From Cetorhinus maximus (taxonomy: Eukaryota), in the NCBI RefSeq assembly GCF_964194155.1, contig NC_135917.1:6386001-6450000 (forward strand): 64,000 nt of DNA, in the 5' to 3' direction. The notes beneath the pieces are model-generated. The model made no database searches. It saw only the letters and a program-made list of their open reading frames with translations, and had not been told where the DNA came from. This document shows positions 49,980 through 61,189 of the stretch, in pieces. Within the stretch, counting starts at the first letter, position 1. Each line of letters opens with the position of its first letter. Position numbers and translations under genes: made by a program.

Positions 49980-52432
49980 TTTTATTAGTTGATGAGATGT
50001 AGGCTTCTCTGGCTGGGCCAGCATTTATTGCCCATCCCCAATTGCCCTTGTGAAGGCGGTGGTGATCTGCCTTCTTGAACCGCTGCAGTCCACAGTGCTG
50101 TTAAGGAGGGAGTTCCAGGATTTTGACCCAGCTACATTGAGGAACAGCGATATATTTCCAAGTCAGGATGGTGAGTGACTTGGAGGGGAACTTCCAGGTG
50201 GTGGTGTTCTCATCTATCTGCTGCCCTTGTCGTTCTAGATGGTTGTGGTCATGGGTTTGGAAGATGCTGTCTAAGGAGCCTTGATGAATTCCTGCAGTGC
50301 ATCTTGTAGATGGTACACACTGCTGCTACTGTGCGCCATTGGTGGAAGACGTGAATGTTTGTAGATGTGGTGCCAAACAAGCGGGCTGATTGCCCTGGAG
50401 GCTGTCAAGCATCTTGGGTGTTGTGGGAGCTGTACTCCTCCAGGCAAGTGGGGAGTATTCCATCAAACTCCTGACTTATGCCTTGTAGTTGGTGGACAAG
50501 CTTCGGGAAGTCAGGAGGTGAGTTACTCATCGTTGGAATCCTAGCCTCTGACCTGCTCTTGTAGCCACAGTATTTATATGGCTGGTCCAGTTCAGTTTCT
50601 GGTCAATGGTAACCAACAGGATGTTGATATGGGGGATTCAGTGATGGTAATATTATTGAAAGTCAATGGGCGATGGTTAGATTCTCTCTTGTTGCAGATG
50701 GTCATTGCCTGGCTTTTGTGTGGCACAAATGTTGCTTGCCACTTGTCAGCCCAAGCCTGGATATTGTCCAGGCCTTGCAGCAATTGGACATGGACTGCTT
50801 CAGTATCTGAGGATTCCTGAATGGTGCTGAACATTGTGCAGTCATCAGCAAACATCACCACTTTTGACCTTATGATGGGAGGAAGGTCATTGATGAAGCC
50901 GCTGAAGATGGTTAGCCTGAGGACATGACCCTGAGGAACTCCTGCAGTGATGTTCTGGAGTTGAGATGACTGACATCCAATAACCACAACCATCTTCCTT
51001 TGTGCTAGGTATGAGTCCAACCAGTGGAGAGTTTTCCCATTAACTCCAGTTTTGCTAGGGTTCCTTGATGCCACACTCGGTCAAATGCAGCCGTGATGTC
51101 AAGGGCAGTCAGTCTCACCTCAGCTCGGGAGTTCAGCCCATTTGTCCATGTTTGAACCAAGGCTGTAATGAGGTCAGGAGCTGAGTGGCCCTGGCGGAAT
51201 CCAAACTGGGTGTCAATGAGCAGGTTATTGCTAAGCAAGTGCCACTTGATAGCACAGTTGATGACGCCTTGCATTACTTGACTGACGATGGAGAGTAGAC
51301 TGATGGGCGGTAATTGGCCGGGTTGGAATTGTCCTGCTTTGTTTTGTATTGGACTTACCTGGCCAATTTTCAACATAGCTGGGTAGATGCCAGGGTTGTA
51401 GCTATGCTGGAACAGCTCAGCTAGGGTTGGGGCAAGTTCTGGGGCATAAGTCTTCAGTACTATTGTCGGAATATTGTCAGGGCCCTTTGCCTTTGCAGTA
51501 TTCAGTGCCTTCTGCCATTTCCTGATATCATGTGGAGTGAATCGAATTGGCTGGAGACTGGTATCTGTGCTGCTGGGGACTTCTGCAGGAGGACGAGATG
51601 GATCATTCACTAGGCACTTCTGGCTGAAGATTGTGGCAAACGCTTCAGCCTTATCTTATGTACTGATGTGCTGGACTCCCCCATCATTGAGGATGGGGAT
51701 ATTTGTGGAGCCTCCTCCTCCAGTGAGTTTTTTAATTGTCCATCACTATTCACGACTGGATATGGCAGGACTGGAGAGCTTAGATCTGATCCACTGCTTA
51801 TGGGATCGCTTAGCTCTGTCTATCAATTGCTGCTTATGCTGTTTGGCACGCAATTAGTCCTGTGTGAAAGCTTCACCAGGTTGACAGCTCATTTTTAGAT
51901 ATGTCTGGTGCTGCTCCTGGCATGCCCTGTATTCTTCAATGGATCGGGGTTGATCTCCTGGCTTGATAGTAATGGTAGAGTGGGGGATATGCCAGGCCAT
52001 GAGGTTACAGATTGTGTTCAATTACAATTCTGCTGCTGCTGATGGCCTACAGCAACCCATGGATGCCCAGTCTTGAGTTGCTAGATCTGTTCAAAATCTA
52101 CCCCATTTAGCATGGTGGTAGTGCCACACAACACGATGGAGGGTATCCTCAATGTGAAGATGGGACTTTGTCTCCACAACGACTGGGAGGTGGTCACTCC
52201 TACTGATACTGTCATGGAGAGATGCGTCTGCGGCAGGCAGTTTGGTGAGGATGAGGTTGAGAATGTTTTTCCTTCTTGTTGGTTCTCTCACCACCTGCTG
52301 CAGTCCCAGTCTAGCAGCTATGTCATATAGGGCTCAGCCAGCTCAGACTGTAGTGGTGCTACCGAGCCGCTCTTGATGATGGACATTGAAGTCCCCCACC
52401 CAGAGACCATTCTGCGCCTTTACCACCCTCAG
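49980..52432 (-). mobile_element. CR1/Jockey-group LINE (unit 4 copy, longer)
   Basis: 201-aa and 160-aa minus ORFs with QFGFRQGHS, ALDITAAFDRVWHQG, GVPQG and MFADD. Confidence 0.9.
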
Positions 52433-53037
52433 TGTCCCGATGTTTCACAAGACCATAGTCAGGTATCATTTGACATGGAGGCACACTAAGGAGAGTTCAG
52501 GCTAGAGGAATAGAAGCTCAGTCAAAGAGGTAGCCTTTAAAGAATTCAGTCAAGGATGGGGTGGATAAAGTGGGCAACGTCCAAGTGGCCAGAGATAATA
52601 TGGGATTGGAAGATCACAGTGATGAAGGGAGCTGTAAACTCTCACCCCTCTCACACAGTCTCCCCTGTGTTATTCTGCACTGATAGACTCTAATACTGTG
52701 AGCTGCTCTCTCCATTGACATTCATCATATCCACTGCAGTTTCTGGCCTCTCAGACAGCTCCTTCACAGGGACCTTTTCAAGGCTCTTGGAGTCTCCCAG
52801 CCCCACATCCAGCTGATGATCTACAGGTTGGGGACGGAGCTGCTACCCAAAGCCACACATTGTTGCTGACTCCAGGTTGGCCAGCGGCAGGAACTGCAGG
52901 AACCAGGTGTTGCTGCTCTGCAAAGGGACAGGTTGGGACCCGTGGCAAAGGGCGGTGACTGGTTCCTCCCCTCTCTCGGTTTCTCCATTCCCATTGCTGT
53001 TATCTGACACCCTGACCAAGCCTCGATCCACACAGCT

Positions 53038-53044
53038 CATAAAA
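53038..53044 (+). promoter_or_regulatory. TATA-like box of keratin copy 4
   Basis: CATAAAA at the same spacing from ATG 53116. Confidence 0.7.
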
Positions 53045-53115
53045 GCAGCTGGGAGCGCCCTCAGTCCCAGCAGCCGTTCAGTTTCGCACTCCGGGTTCTC
53101 TCCAACAACCTCAAC

Positions 53116-54588
53116 ATGTCTCGTTCAAGTTTCTCCTACAGGTCCTCAAGCGGCAGCGGCAGCGTCAGAGGATTGAGCGGAACGGGAGGCAGATTATCCT
53201 CCGCACGGATTGTGAGCAGCAGCAGCAGCGGCGGCGGGAGTGCCTACCCCTTCCAGGGGAGAGCACAGAGTTTGATCCTAGGTCAATCACGGAGAATATC
53301 GGCCCCGCTCCTCAGGAGCTCAGGTTATGGGGCGAGTTCGGGGTTTAGCAGCGGCTACTCGGGGGGGCTGATCCAGAAATCCACTAACATTGACCTCAAC
53401 AGCCCTCTCCCTCAAAATGACACCACCCTGCAGAGTGTCCGCTTGGAGGAGAGCAGACAGATCAAGGGGCTCAACAACCAGTTTGTCAAATTCATTGACC
53501 AGGTAAAGTTCCGAGCTGTCCAGGCGGCCGTGTCTGGAAGCCAGTCTTCTGTGTCTTTTCTCAATGACTTGGTGTGTCTCCAGAAATGTCTCTTCTCACT
53601 TTGCAGCCCATTCCCTTCCGATGTAACTGTGTCTTCATTTTACACCGGCAGGTTCGTTACCTGGAGCAGGTCAATAAGAAACTGGAGGTCAAACTCAATC
53701 TCCTGAAAGAACAAGGAGATTACAAATCCAACATCGACAGCATGTTCCAGACTTACATCGACAACCTGAAAAGACAACTGGAAACACTGGGGCAGGAGAA
53801 ACTCAGGTTCGAGGCCGATCTTGTCCAAATGCAAGGTCTGGTTGAAGACTTCAAGGGCAAGTAAGTGCGCTGCTGCTGCTGGATTTGGGCACGTTTTTCT
53901 CCCTATCCCTTGTCGTGTGTGAACGAGACAAAGTCCCAGTTTGACATTAGGACCACTTTGACAGATTGATCAGGAGCTGGCAAAATGACAGCTGGAGAAA
54001 TAATCCTCAGGATGGTCATGTAGACTAAACTGCAGGAGTGAGGGGAAATGCCTGTACTCGTCCCCGTCACATTACTGGCTGCTGAGTCCGCTGTTTTCCC
54101 ACTGGGATCCAGCTGGTTGCCGCATTTGGCATCAGTCGCCCTGCGTTGTGGAGATGGAAACATCAGTCAGCGCCCCCGGTCCCTGTAGGGTCACTTCTCC
54201 GGGACGGGGAAGTGTCCGACTGTGGGCATCTGGGCTGCGGACGATAGGACGGAGCAAGTATCTGGGTCTGGAGGAGCTGTTTGCTGAACGAATCTGTTGG
54301 AAAGGTGGAGGAGCCTCCCAGAGCTGTGAAGGTCAGGGAGAGGGATGAGTGAATTGGGGTAATGGGGTGGGGTGGGGAGTTAGTGGGTTGGGTAAACTCG
54401 GGCTGCAGGGAAAGGTGATTATCTGGAGAGATATTTGATAAATAGGCAATGTAATGGCAACTGGACAGTAAGATTGATTTCCACAGGATTCTCAGTCAAA
54501 TAATCTGCTTCATTCCAGATACGAAGATGAAATTAACAAGCGCACGGAAATGGAGAATGAGTTTGTCCTGGTCAAGAAGGTGAGGTGA

Positions 54589-54624
<36 letters not shown>

Positions 54625-57295
54625 GTGTGCAGGCCGACAGCAAACGGCTCCCTTGAGAGAGTTTTTCAAAGTACTTTGTCCCTCTCCTCTTTAGGACGTG
54701 GATGACTCCTACATGAGCAAAGTAGAGCTGGAAGCTAAACTGGAAAGCCTGACCGATGAAATCGACTTCCTCCGATCAATCTTTGAAGAGGTAACAATGT
54801 GACATGGCCCAGCAATTGTCCTCTGCTGTTGAATCTAATCCAGTGTAATCCAATGCAGCTAGAAAGTTTGCAATCACTTTTCAATCTTTTCTCCCGCCGA
54901 TCTTTAGGAAATCCGTGAGCTGCAGGCACAGATTCAGAACACATCTGTCAGCGTGCAACTGGACAGTGGACCCAAACTGGACATCGAACAACTCATTGCT
55001 GAAGCCAAAATTCAGTATGAAAACATGGCCAATCAGAGCCGTAAAGAAGCGGAGATTTGGAAACAGACTAAGGTTAAGATCCCAATCCTCATGTCTCACA
55101 TGGATTGATAGATCTGCAGTCCGTGCTGAAGTGTGAAATCTTTTGCTAACTCCGTGTCAATGTTTCATTGTAGATGCAGGAACTGAGCATGTCGTCTGGA
55201 CAATATGGGGATGAGCTCCGTATGACTAAGGATGAGATTAAACAGATGAATCAGCGAATCCGTGCACTGAATAATGATATTGAGAGTCTGAGAAACGAGG
55301 TAGGCAAAGAAGTGAAAGCAACATGATAATGGGAACAAGTGAATCATTGTTGTGAATGGCGCTTTGTCTTTCTGGGTGTGTCTCATTCTCTCCCCCATCC
55401 TACCCCATCCAAAAGAACAATTGGACAAGAAGTGGTGGCGGGATCAGTGCAATCTTGCCTATTTCTGCCAGTCTTGCTCTCTCACTGATGGTAAGTTTCC
55501 GATACTGGTAAGGAAACATTCCAATGTGAATCCCTTGCCAGCCTGCAGTGCACACGACACTGCTGTTCCCAATTCATTGTCATGATGCCACCAGCAAACA
55601 CATCTTCCCTTCACCCCCTGCCTTTACCCAGGACTCGCTTTGAGCGCTGTTCTGATGCACAAAGTGTCGATGGAAGTGACCATGTTAATATTTGTGTTAC
55701 TTAGCGTCTCAAACTGGAGGCTTTAATCAAAGAATCCGAGGAACGCGGCGAGCTGTCACTCAGAGGTGCAAAGGATAGGATTGAAGACCTGAAAAGTGCC
55801 CTGGCCAATGCACAACAACAGCTGATGAAACAAGTCCAGGAATATGAGGCGCTGCTGCAAGTCAAGTTATATCTGGATGTTGAAATTTCCACCTACAAGT
55901 CTCTGCTGGAGGGAGAGGAGGAAAGGTAGGATATGGGGCAGTTACAAACTCCAGCCATCACACTGAGCACAGTGCATCATTTTATCTAGTGGCAGAATCC
56001 AATCTGTACTTGTGCTTTATTGATATCTGTTAATGGAATGAAGTGCAGGAACTCAGAGTGCCAGGGTATTCTACAAGAACTTTGGTTTAAAAGCTGCTCG
56101 GTATCTAAGGAGACACAAACATCACACTGACTCTCAGAATGAATCCCTGGCCTGTGAATCATTCTTCCTTTCATAGAGATAAACCAGTAAAGTTCTCCTG
56201 ATGTCTCACTGGGTGTGGGCATTGTGGAACTGAGCTATACCGAGCAGAAGCTGAACCAGATCGGTGGTTGGGGCGTCCAGTTGGGCTGTGGGTCACAAGC
56301 AATGGGGGGTTAAAGCAGCCCAGGAGCCTGTTCCTGAATGCTATGCAGTGTGTTCTGCTTGAAGGTCTGGATCTCTCTGCCCCATGACCAAATGGCCTGC
56401 TGCCATTTGCAGCCTGTGGCCATACATGAAGAATGGGCACTTTGGGCGAGGGTCTGGAGGGTGACTGTGCCCATTCGATGCTGAACCCCAGCAGATGCTG
56501 GTGTTACTGGGAGAGGGAGAAATTTGGTCAACTCAAGAGAAATCTGACTGTAAATATGCTGCAAATACCTGCTGTAACATGATTGTGTTTCCATTATCAA
56601 CAGGATGATAAGTGGGGTAAAAACCCTTAACATCCAGCATGTACAGAACCAAGGTAAGAGAATTCCTAATTCCTAGTTTGAAGTAAGAATTCCGGGAGGA
56701 AGAGCTTGAATTCCAAAACAAAAATGTGAAATTCTGTCATTTTCATTTGTTGAGAAGCGAATAGACAGGTTGTCATTTCAGCTCCCAGTGTGTGTGTTCT
56801 GAAGAAGGATCTATACAGTGCTTCCCAAACCTTAACCTCTCTTTGTTCAGTTCCCAGAGGCTGACAGAATGGCTTTGTATTTCCATAATTCAGCTCTCAC
56901 TTTAGTCATGCATAACTGTAAATAATGTCTCTGTGTTTAATTATGAGATCAATAGGTGCTGCAGATTGGGTCAGCCGAAATTCCTTGTAATGCTGCTGCT
57001 TTTTGGCTGCTCCTGTGTCGATGAAAGGGGATTTTTCGAAACTGATCCTCCATGGAGGACCTTTTTTGATGACCACACCTGTCACACATTTGAAGTTTGT
57101 ATTTTTTATTTGCTTTCAGGTTATGTTTTGGGGTCTAATGCCATCAGCTATGGAATGCCTTCAAGTTTCGAAACCTCTCATTTCAGTTCAGGAATCTCGA
57201 CAACTGGCTCTAAAAGCACAAAACGTCTGCTTGTGAGGGAAACTGAGCAGGTAGATGGAATTACAGTGTCTTCAACTACAACACCATTGATCTAA
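53116..57295 (+). CDS. Type II cytoskeletal keratin (keratin-8-like), copy 4; 9 exons, 496 aa, different tail exon 9B
   Basis: join(53116-53502,53652-53860,54519-54579,54695-54790,54908-55072,55174-55299,55705-55925,56604-56653,57120-57295). Exons 1-8 match the other copies. The last exon follows a strong acceptor (ttttttatttgctttcag) and is phase-compatible with exon 8. Confidence 0.9.
57120..57295 (+). CDS. Unique terminal coding exon 9B of keratin copy 4 ([58 protein letters not shown])
   Basis: Polypyrimidine tract plus CAG at 57117-57119. A phase-1 join gives G+GT=Gly. Ser/Gly-rich sequence ending in a motif like the K8 tail (VVVKKIETRDGKLVS). AATAAA downstream at 57924. Confidence 0.85.
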
Positions 57296-57923
57296 TGGAT
57301 AGAAAGCCTTGTCCACTCTCTGGTTCTGGCCTCCAGACAAATCAATTTTCATCCTACATCTTCGCCTGAAAGTTCAGTTCTAGATTTGCATATTTGGGGA
57401 GCCTTCTTTCTGTACTAACACTGGTGAATCAGCAAATCCACAGTCGTTTAAGTCTTAAGGGATTTGTTGGGTAAGAACTTGTCCCAGTCTGTCGACATTC
57501 ATAAAAATTACTCATCAGTCTGCCTCATACATGCAGCATGGTTGTCACATTAATTAATTCTCCTTGTGACTGCCATGTGACCCCAGTAGCATTGCATCCG
57601 ACTATTTGTTCGTGACTTCACCATTTGGCTGGGAGTATAAATTTGACATCACCAAAAATCTGGTGGGCAGACATATTTTGGGATTAATTAGTGTGAATAC
57701 TCAGTATCTCCTTGACGTTCTGTGACTTTGATCTGGAAAGATAGATATCTAGCTCCTTAAAGGTTATTTTGGGCTTACAGGAAAACTACCTAAGATACTT
57801 TACTTTAATTGTTGGGCTCTTTAGAATAGGAAATGATCCAATGTTTTCTGTATGGATCTGTTTCACATTCTATATCTCCTTGTACCAGAGAATTATCTTT
57901 TCATCACATTCTGTGAAATATTG

Positions 57924-57929
57924 AATAAA
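57924..57929 (+). terminator. Polyadenylation signal of keratin copy 4 (exon 9B 3'UTR)
   Basis: AATAAA about 630 bp after stop 57295, followed by a T/GT-rich downstream element (ttgtttttttctctgtt). Confidence 0.6.
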
Positions 57930-59099
57930 TATGTCTTTTGCAATTCCAAATTGTTTTTTTCTCTGTTCCGCATATCTATCTCTCTGTTTGATTCTCCTGC
58001 ACTGATTTTTTCCCCCATCATGCTTTAGATGTTACATATTTGTACTTCAGAATTTCTGAGCCACACTTGTTCTGAATCTATTCATAAAAAAGCTACAGCT
58101 GAACAGGCAAGACATATACCAAGCACAAATATATAAAAGGACATACAGAATGAGTGAGAATCAGAATACCACGCTCAGTAAAAAAAAATGAATGATTTGG
58201 GTTGCCAGTTTAGCTTAGCAGTGTCATTAAAATGAGATCTCTCATCCCAGAAAGAGATCAAATAAAGTTATGTACAGACTCTTTTTTGTTTCAATGTTTT
58301 CATGCATACTCTTCAGTATGTTAGAAACTGAAGTGTAGACTTCCCCCAAGTCCTCCAGTGAACAAGATCAAAGCCATACTGCAGTCACCCAGATGCACCA
58401 GTGTCATTGCCAGATTACAATTCTCAGAAAAAACTACCTCACTTTCTCTCCTCCAAACAAGTCAAAGAAGGTGAGGCATTAACATGAATTCCAGCTTGCC
58501 CTGATTATGATAGCAACCATATTTTTAAAATTCTGGCACTTGATTGTGCTTCAAGAAATCCCAGCCAGAACACCCCTATCTAGGTATTTATTTACACATG
58601 GATACATTTTCTGGTGACTCACATTTGTCTTATAATATTCCACTTCATTAATTAGCTCAAAGCGGCAATTCAGAGCTCAGATGGCATGAAACAGATAAAT
58701 CAAAAGTAAGGAATGAGGCTCTAAAATTATTACAAAAAGCAAATAAACCAGATATTGTATTCTCAAACTTAATTTCAGACAAGTTGCATGCATAAAGTAT
58801 GATAATCTACTCAATTGTTACACCATAGTTAGATAGCAACTGTGAATAGTAAAACCAGTGGTTTCTTTTTGTTAACATAAAAAGAACAAAGATTCTTTAC
58901 TATTTTCTCAGTGGAATTGTTCAAGAGTATTTCAGTTTGTTTTTCCAAATTATCTCAACCTAGCTGGAAGGTGCATTTGAATTATTGCGTTCCTCACTAT
59001 TGGCTGCTCCCTCCATCAATCACATTCACCATCACACTTAGTTCCAGCCACAGGCAACAACACCTATCCACTGGTAGGATTTAATGACTCTTATGATAG

Positions 59100-59196
59100 A
59101 TGACACATCTGACAGTGTAGCACTCCCGCAGTGTATGTCCCTAAGTCTCTGAACCCACAAACTTCTGACTCAGAGGTGAGAGTGCATCCATTGAGT
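59100..59196 (-). mobile_element. 5' fragment of a Deu-type SINE
   Basis: The reverse complement resembles the tRNA-like head and body start of the SINE at 63545-63980. Confidence 0.45.
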
Positions 59197-59209
59197 TTAG
59201 GCTTACTTC

Positions 59210-59826
59210 TGATATACTGTGGCTACAAGAGCAGGTCAGAGGCTAGGAATCTGACAATGAGTAACTCACCCCCTGACTCCCCAAAGCCTGTCTGCCATTT
59301 ACAAGGCACAAGTCAGGAGTGTGATGGAATACTCCCCACTTGCCTGGAGGAATGCAGCTCCCATAACATTCAAGAAGCTTGACACCATCCAGGACAAAGC
59401 AGTCTGCTTGATTGGCACCACATCCACAAACATTCACTCCCTCCACCACCGACACACAGTAACAGCAATGTGTACCATCTACAAGGTGCACTGCAGGAAT
59501 TCACCAAGGCTCCTTAGACAGTACCTTCCAAACCTACAACCATACCATCTAGAAGGACAAGGGCAGCAGATAGATGGGAACACCACCACCTGGAAGTTTT
59601 CCTCCAAGCCACTCATCATCCTGACTTGGAAATATATCGCCGTTCCTTCACTGGTGCTGAAGTCCTGAAACTCCCTTCCCAACAGCACTGTGGGTATACC
59701 TACACCACATGGGCTGCAGCGGTTCAGGAAGGCAACTCACCACCACCTTCTCAAGGGCAACTGGGGATGGACAATAAATGCTGGCCCAGCCAGCGAAGCC
59801 CACATCCCGTGAATGAATTTTTAAAA
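59210..59826 (+). mobile_element. CR1/Jockey-group LINE 3' end
   Basis: MEYSPLAWRNAAPITFKKLDTIQDKAVCLI; 3' tail gggcaactggggatggacaataaatgctggcccagccagcg. Confidence 0.88.
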
Positions 59827-59992
59827 AATCCCTTGCATAGGTTTTGTTATTTGTAACTATTTCAAAAAATCTGAACACCATCCACAGTATTTTGCTTTCA
59901 ATAAATCTGAATATGGCACTCGCTCAGGAATCAGGTTTTCTCTCAGAACCTGAAAGCTCCTTGTGGTGTTGCAGCCATTTCTGTTATTCAAG

Positions 59993-60935
59993 TGTTATGA
60001 CATGGCAGATGATGCGTGCCAGGTGGAACAAATCCACAAGGGAAACTTGGTCACACTATCACAATGGTTTTGTAATTTGTACTTATTACGAGAAGATGTG
60101 CGCACTGAATTCAGAAGTAATGAGTCCCCCAGGACATTTAGAGATTTTAAAAAAATTAAATTAAAATACTTATTAACAAAATAAAAGATTTCAAGCACAT
60201 ACACAAGACTACAATTACTTGCTACTATAACAAATCCTAAAATTCCTAATTGACCTGACTCTCAGTTACACCCCCTTGAGGGCAATGGTCCCAAAATAGA
60301 TTTTAGATTTTAAACAAAGCCAGTAAATTAACACAATATCCACTTGACAGTGGAATTCCAAATGGCTTTTCCCCAACTTCAGTTACTTTACAAGGCAGAC
60401 TTATGCACAAATGGCTGGAGGCTTCTTGGAGGCCTGTTAGATCTTACATGGTCTTCTTTACATAGCCTTTCATTCTCCTTTATATAGGTTTCTCTCTCTT
60501 TAATATGTAAATTCTATTGTTCCATATGTCTTTGAAACTGTAACCTCATAATATAAATTTCATGTTGCCAATATTGTCAGTAACCTTTGGGAAAAATAAA
60601 CACTTAGCCTTGCTTATCTGGTTAGTTGTAAACGGATTGTAAACGGTTGTAAACAGTTGTAAACAGTTGTAAACGGATTTCCCTTCGAAATCCAAACAAT
60701 CCCTTCATTTATCTAAAAATGCAAATTCCCTTCACACCTTACATGCTAAGCCAGCATCCATGTTTACTCATTAGCATGTCAAGCACATTTCTATACCTAG
60801 CTTCTTTTGATGATTTCAACTTGCAGTCTACTTGACTCCAAATGTAATTACATCACACAGAACCACCTATACTTACCCCCATAAACCTACTTCACAATAA
60901 ACCAGAAAAATATTATGAAAATTATACTTTCAACA
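59993..60935 (-). mobile_element. Probable solo LTR (about 940 bp)
   Basis: TGTTATGA...TTCAACA termini, imperfect 4-bp flanks (caag/caaa), minus-strand TATA (cctatataaagg, about 60477-60488) and an internal tandem repeat. Confidence 0.5.
60624..60674. repeat. Tandem repeat (RGTTGTAAAC) x5
   Basis: agttgtaaac ggattgtaaac ggttgtaaac agttgtaaac agttgtaaac read directly. Confidence 0.85.
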
Positions 60936-61189
60936 CAAAGTGTCAGCGCTGGTACAAAGTCAGTTGGTGAACCCAGCTCTGTTTATGTTTCAGCGAATTC
61001 TACAAACCTTTCAAGTAAATATCTGTTGGACAATAAAGAAGGTGGGGACAAATATATTCACTTTGAAATCCTAGAAGAACCAGTTTATTAATGAAAACAG
61101 TTACTTGAGGCCTCTCAAGTTTCATTTATTTCCAGTGACAGTCACTTTTTTATGTAACTGGGAAAGAAAATTAGCCTTGTCCAACTTTT

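Larger units (their letters stand above)
1..56958 (+). repeat. Tandem segmental duplication array, at least 4 units of about 12-17 kb, each with a type II keratin gene
   Basis: The sequence at position 1 (taggagactcataaa...) recurs at 16223, 32575 and about 44615. The keratin ATG recurs at 8430, 25412, 37432 and 53116, with the same order of TE relics in each unit. Homology ends at aataggtg (56951-56958 = 12261-12268). The window starts inside the repeat, so the array continues upstream. Confidence 0.97.

Noticed and set aside
51005-51610. 201-aa RT-like ORF as an active retrotransposon or domesticated gene
   Set aside because: Frameshifted and fragmented, and the paralogous copies break at different places, consistent with neutral decay.
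1-56958. Array as a pure assembly artefact
   Set aside because: Units differ by private TSD-flanked insertions, large deletions, microsatellite lengths and many SNPs, giving four distinguishable versions. Read-level confirmation is still desirable.
56933-57295. 120-aa ORF as an independent gene, or copy 4 as a truncated pseudogene
   Set aside because: The 5' half is intron sequence crossing the breakpoint. Only 57120-57295, after a strong acceptor, is keratin-tail-like, and it completes copy 4 in frame.
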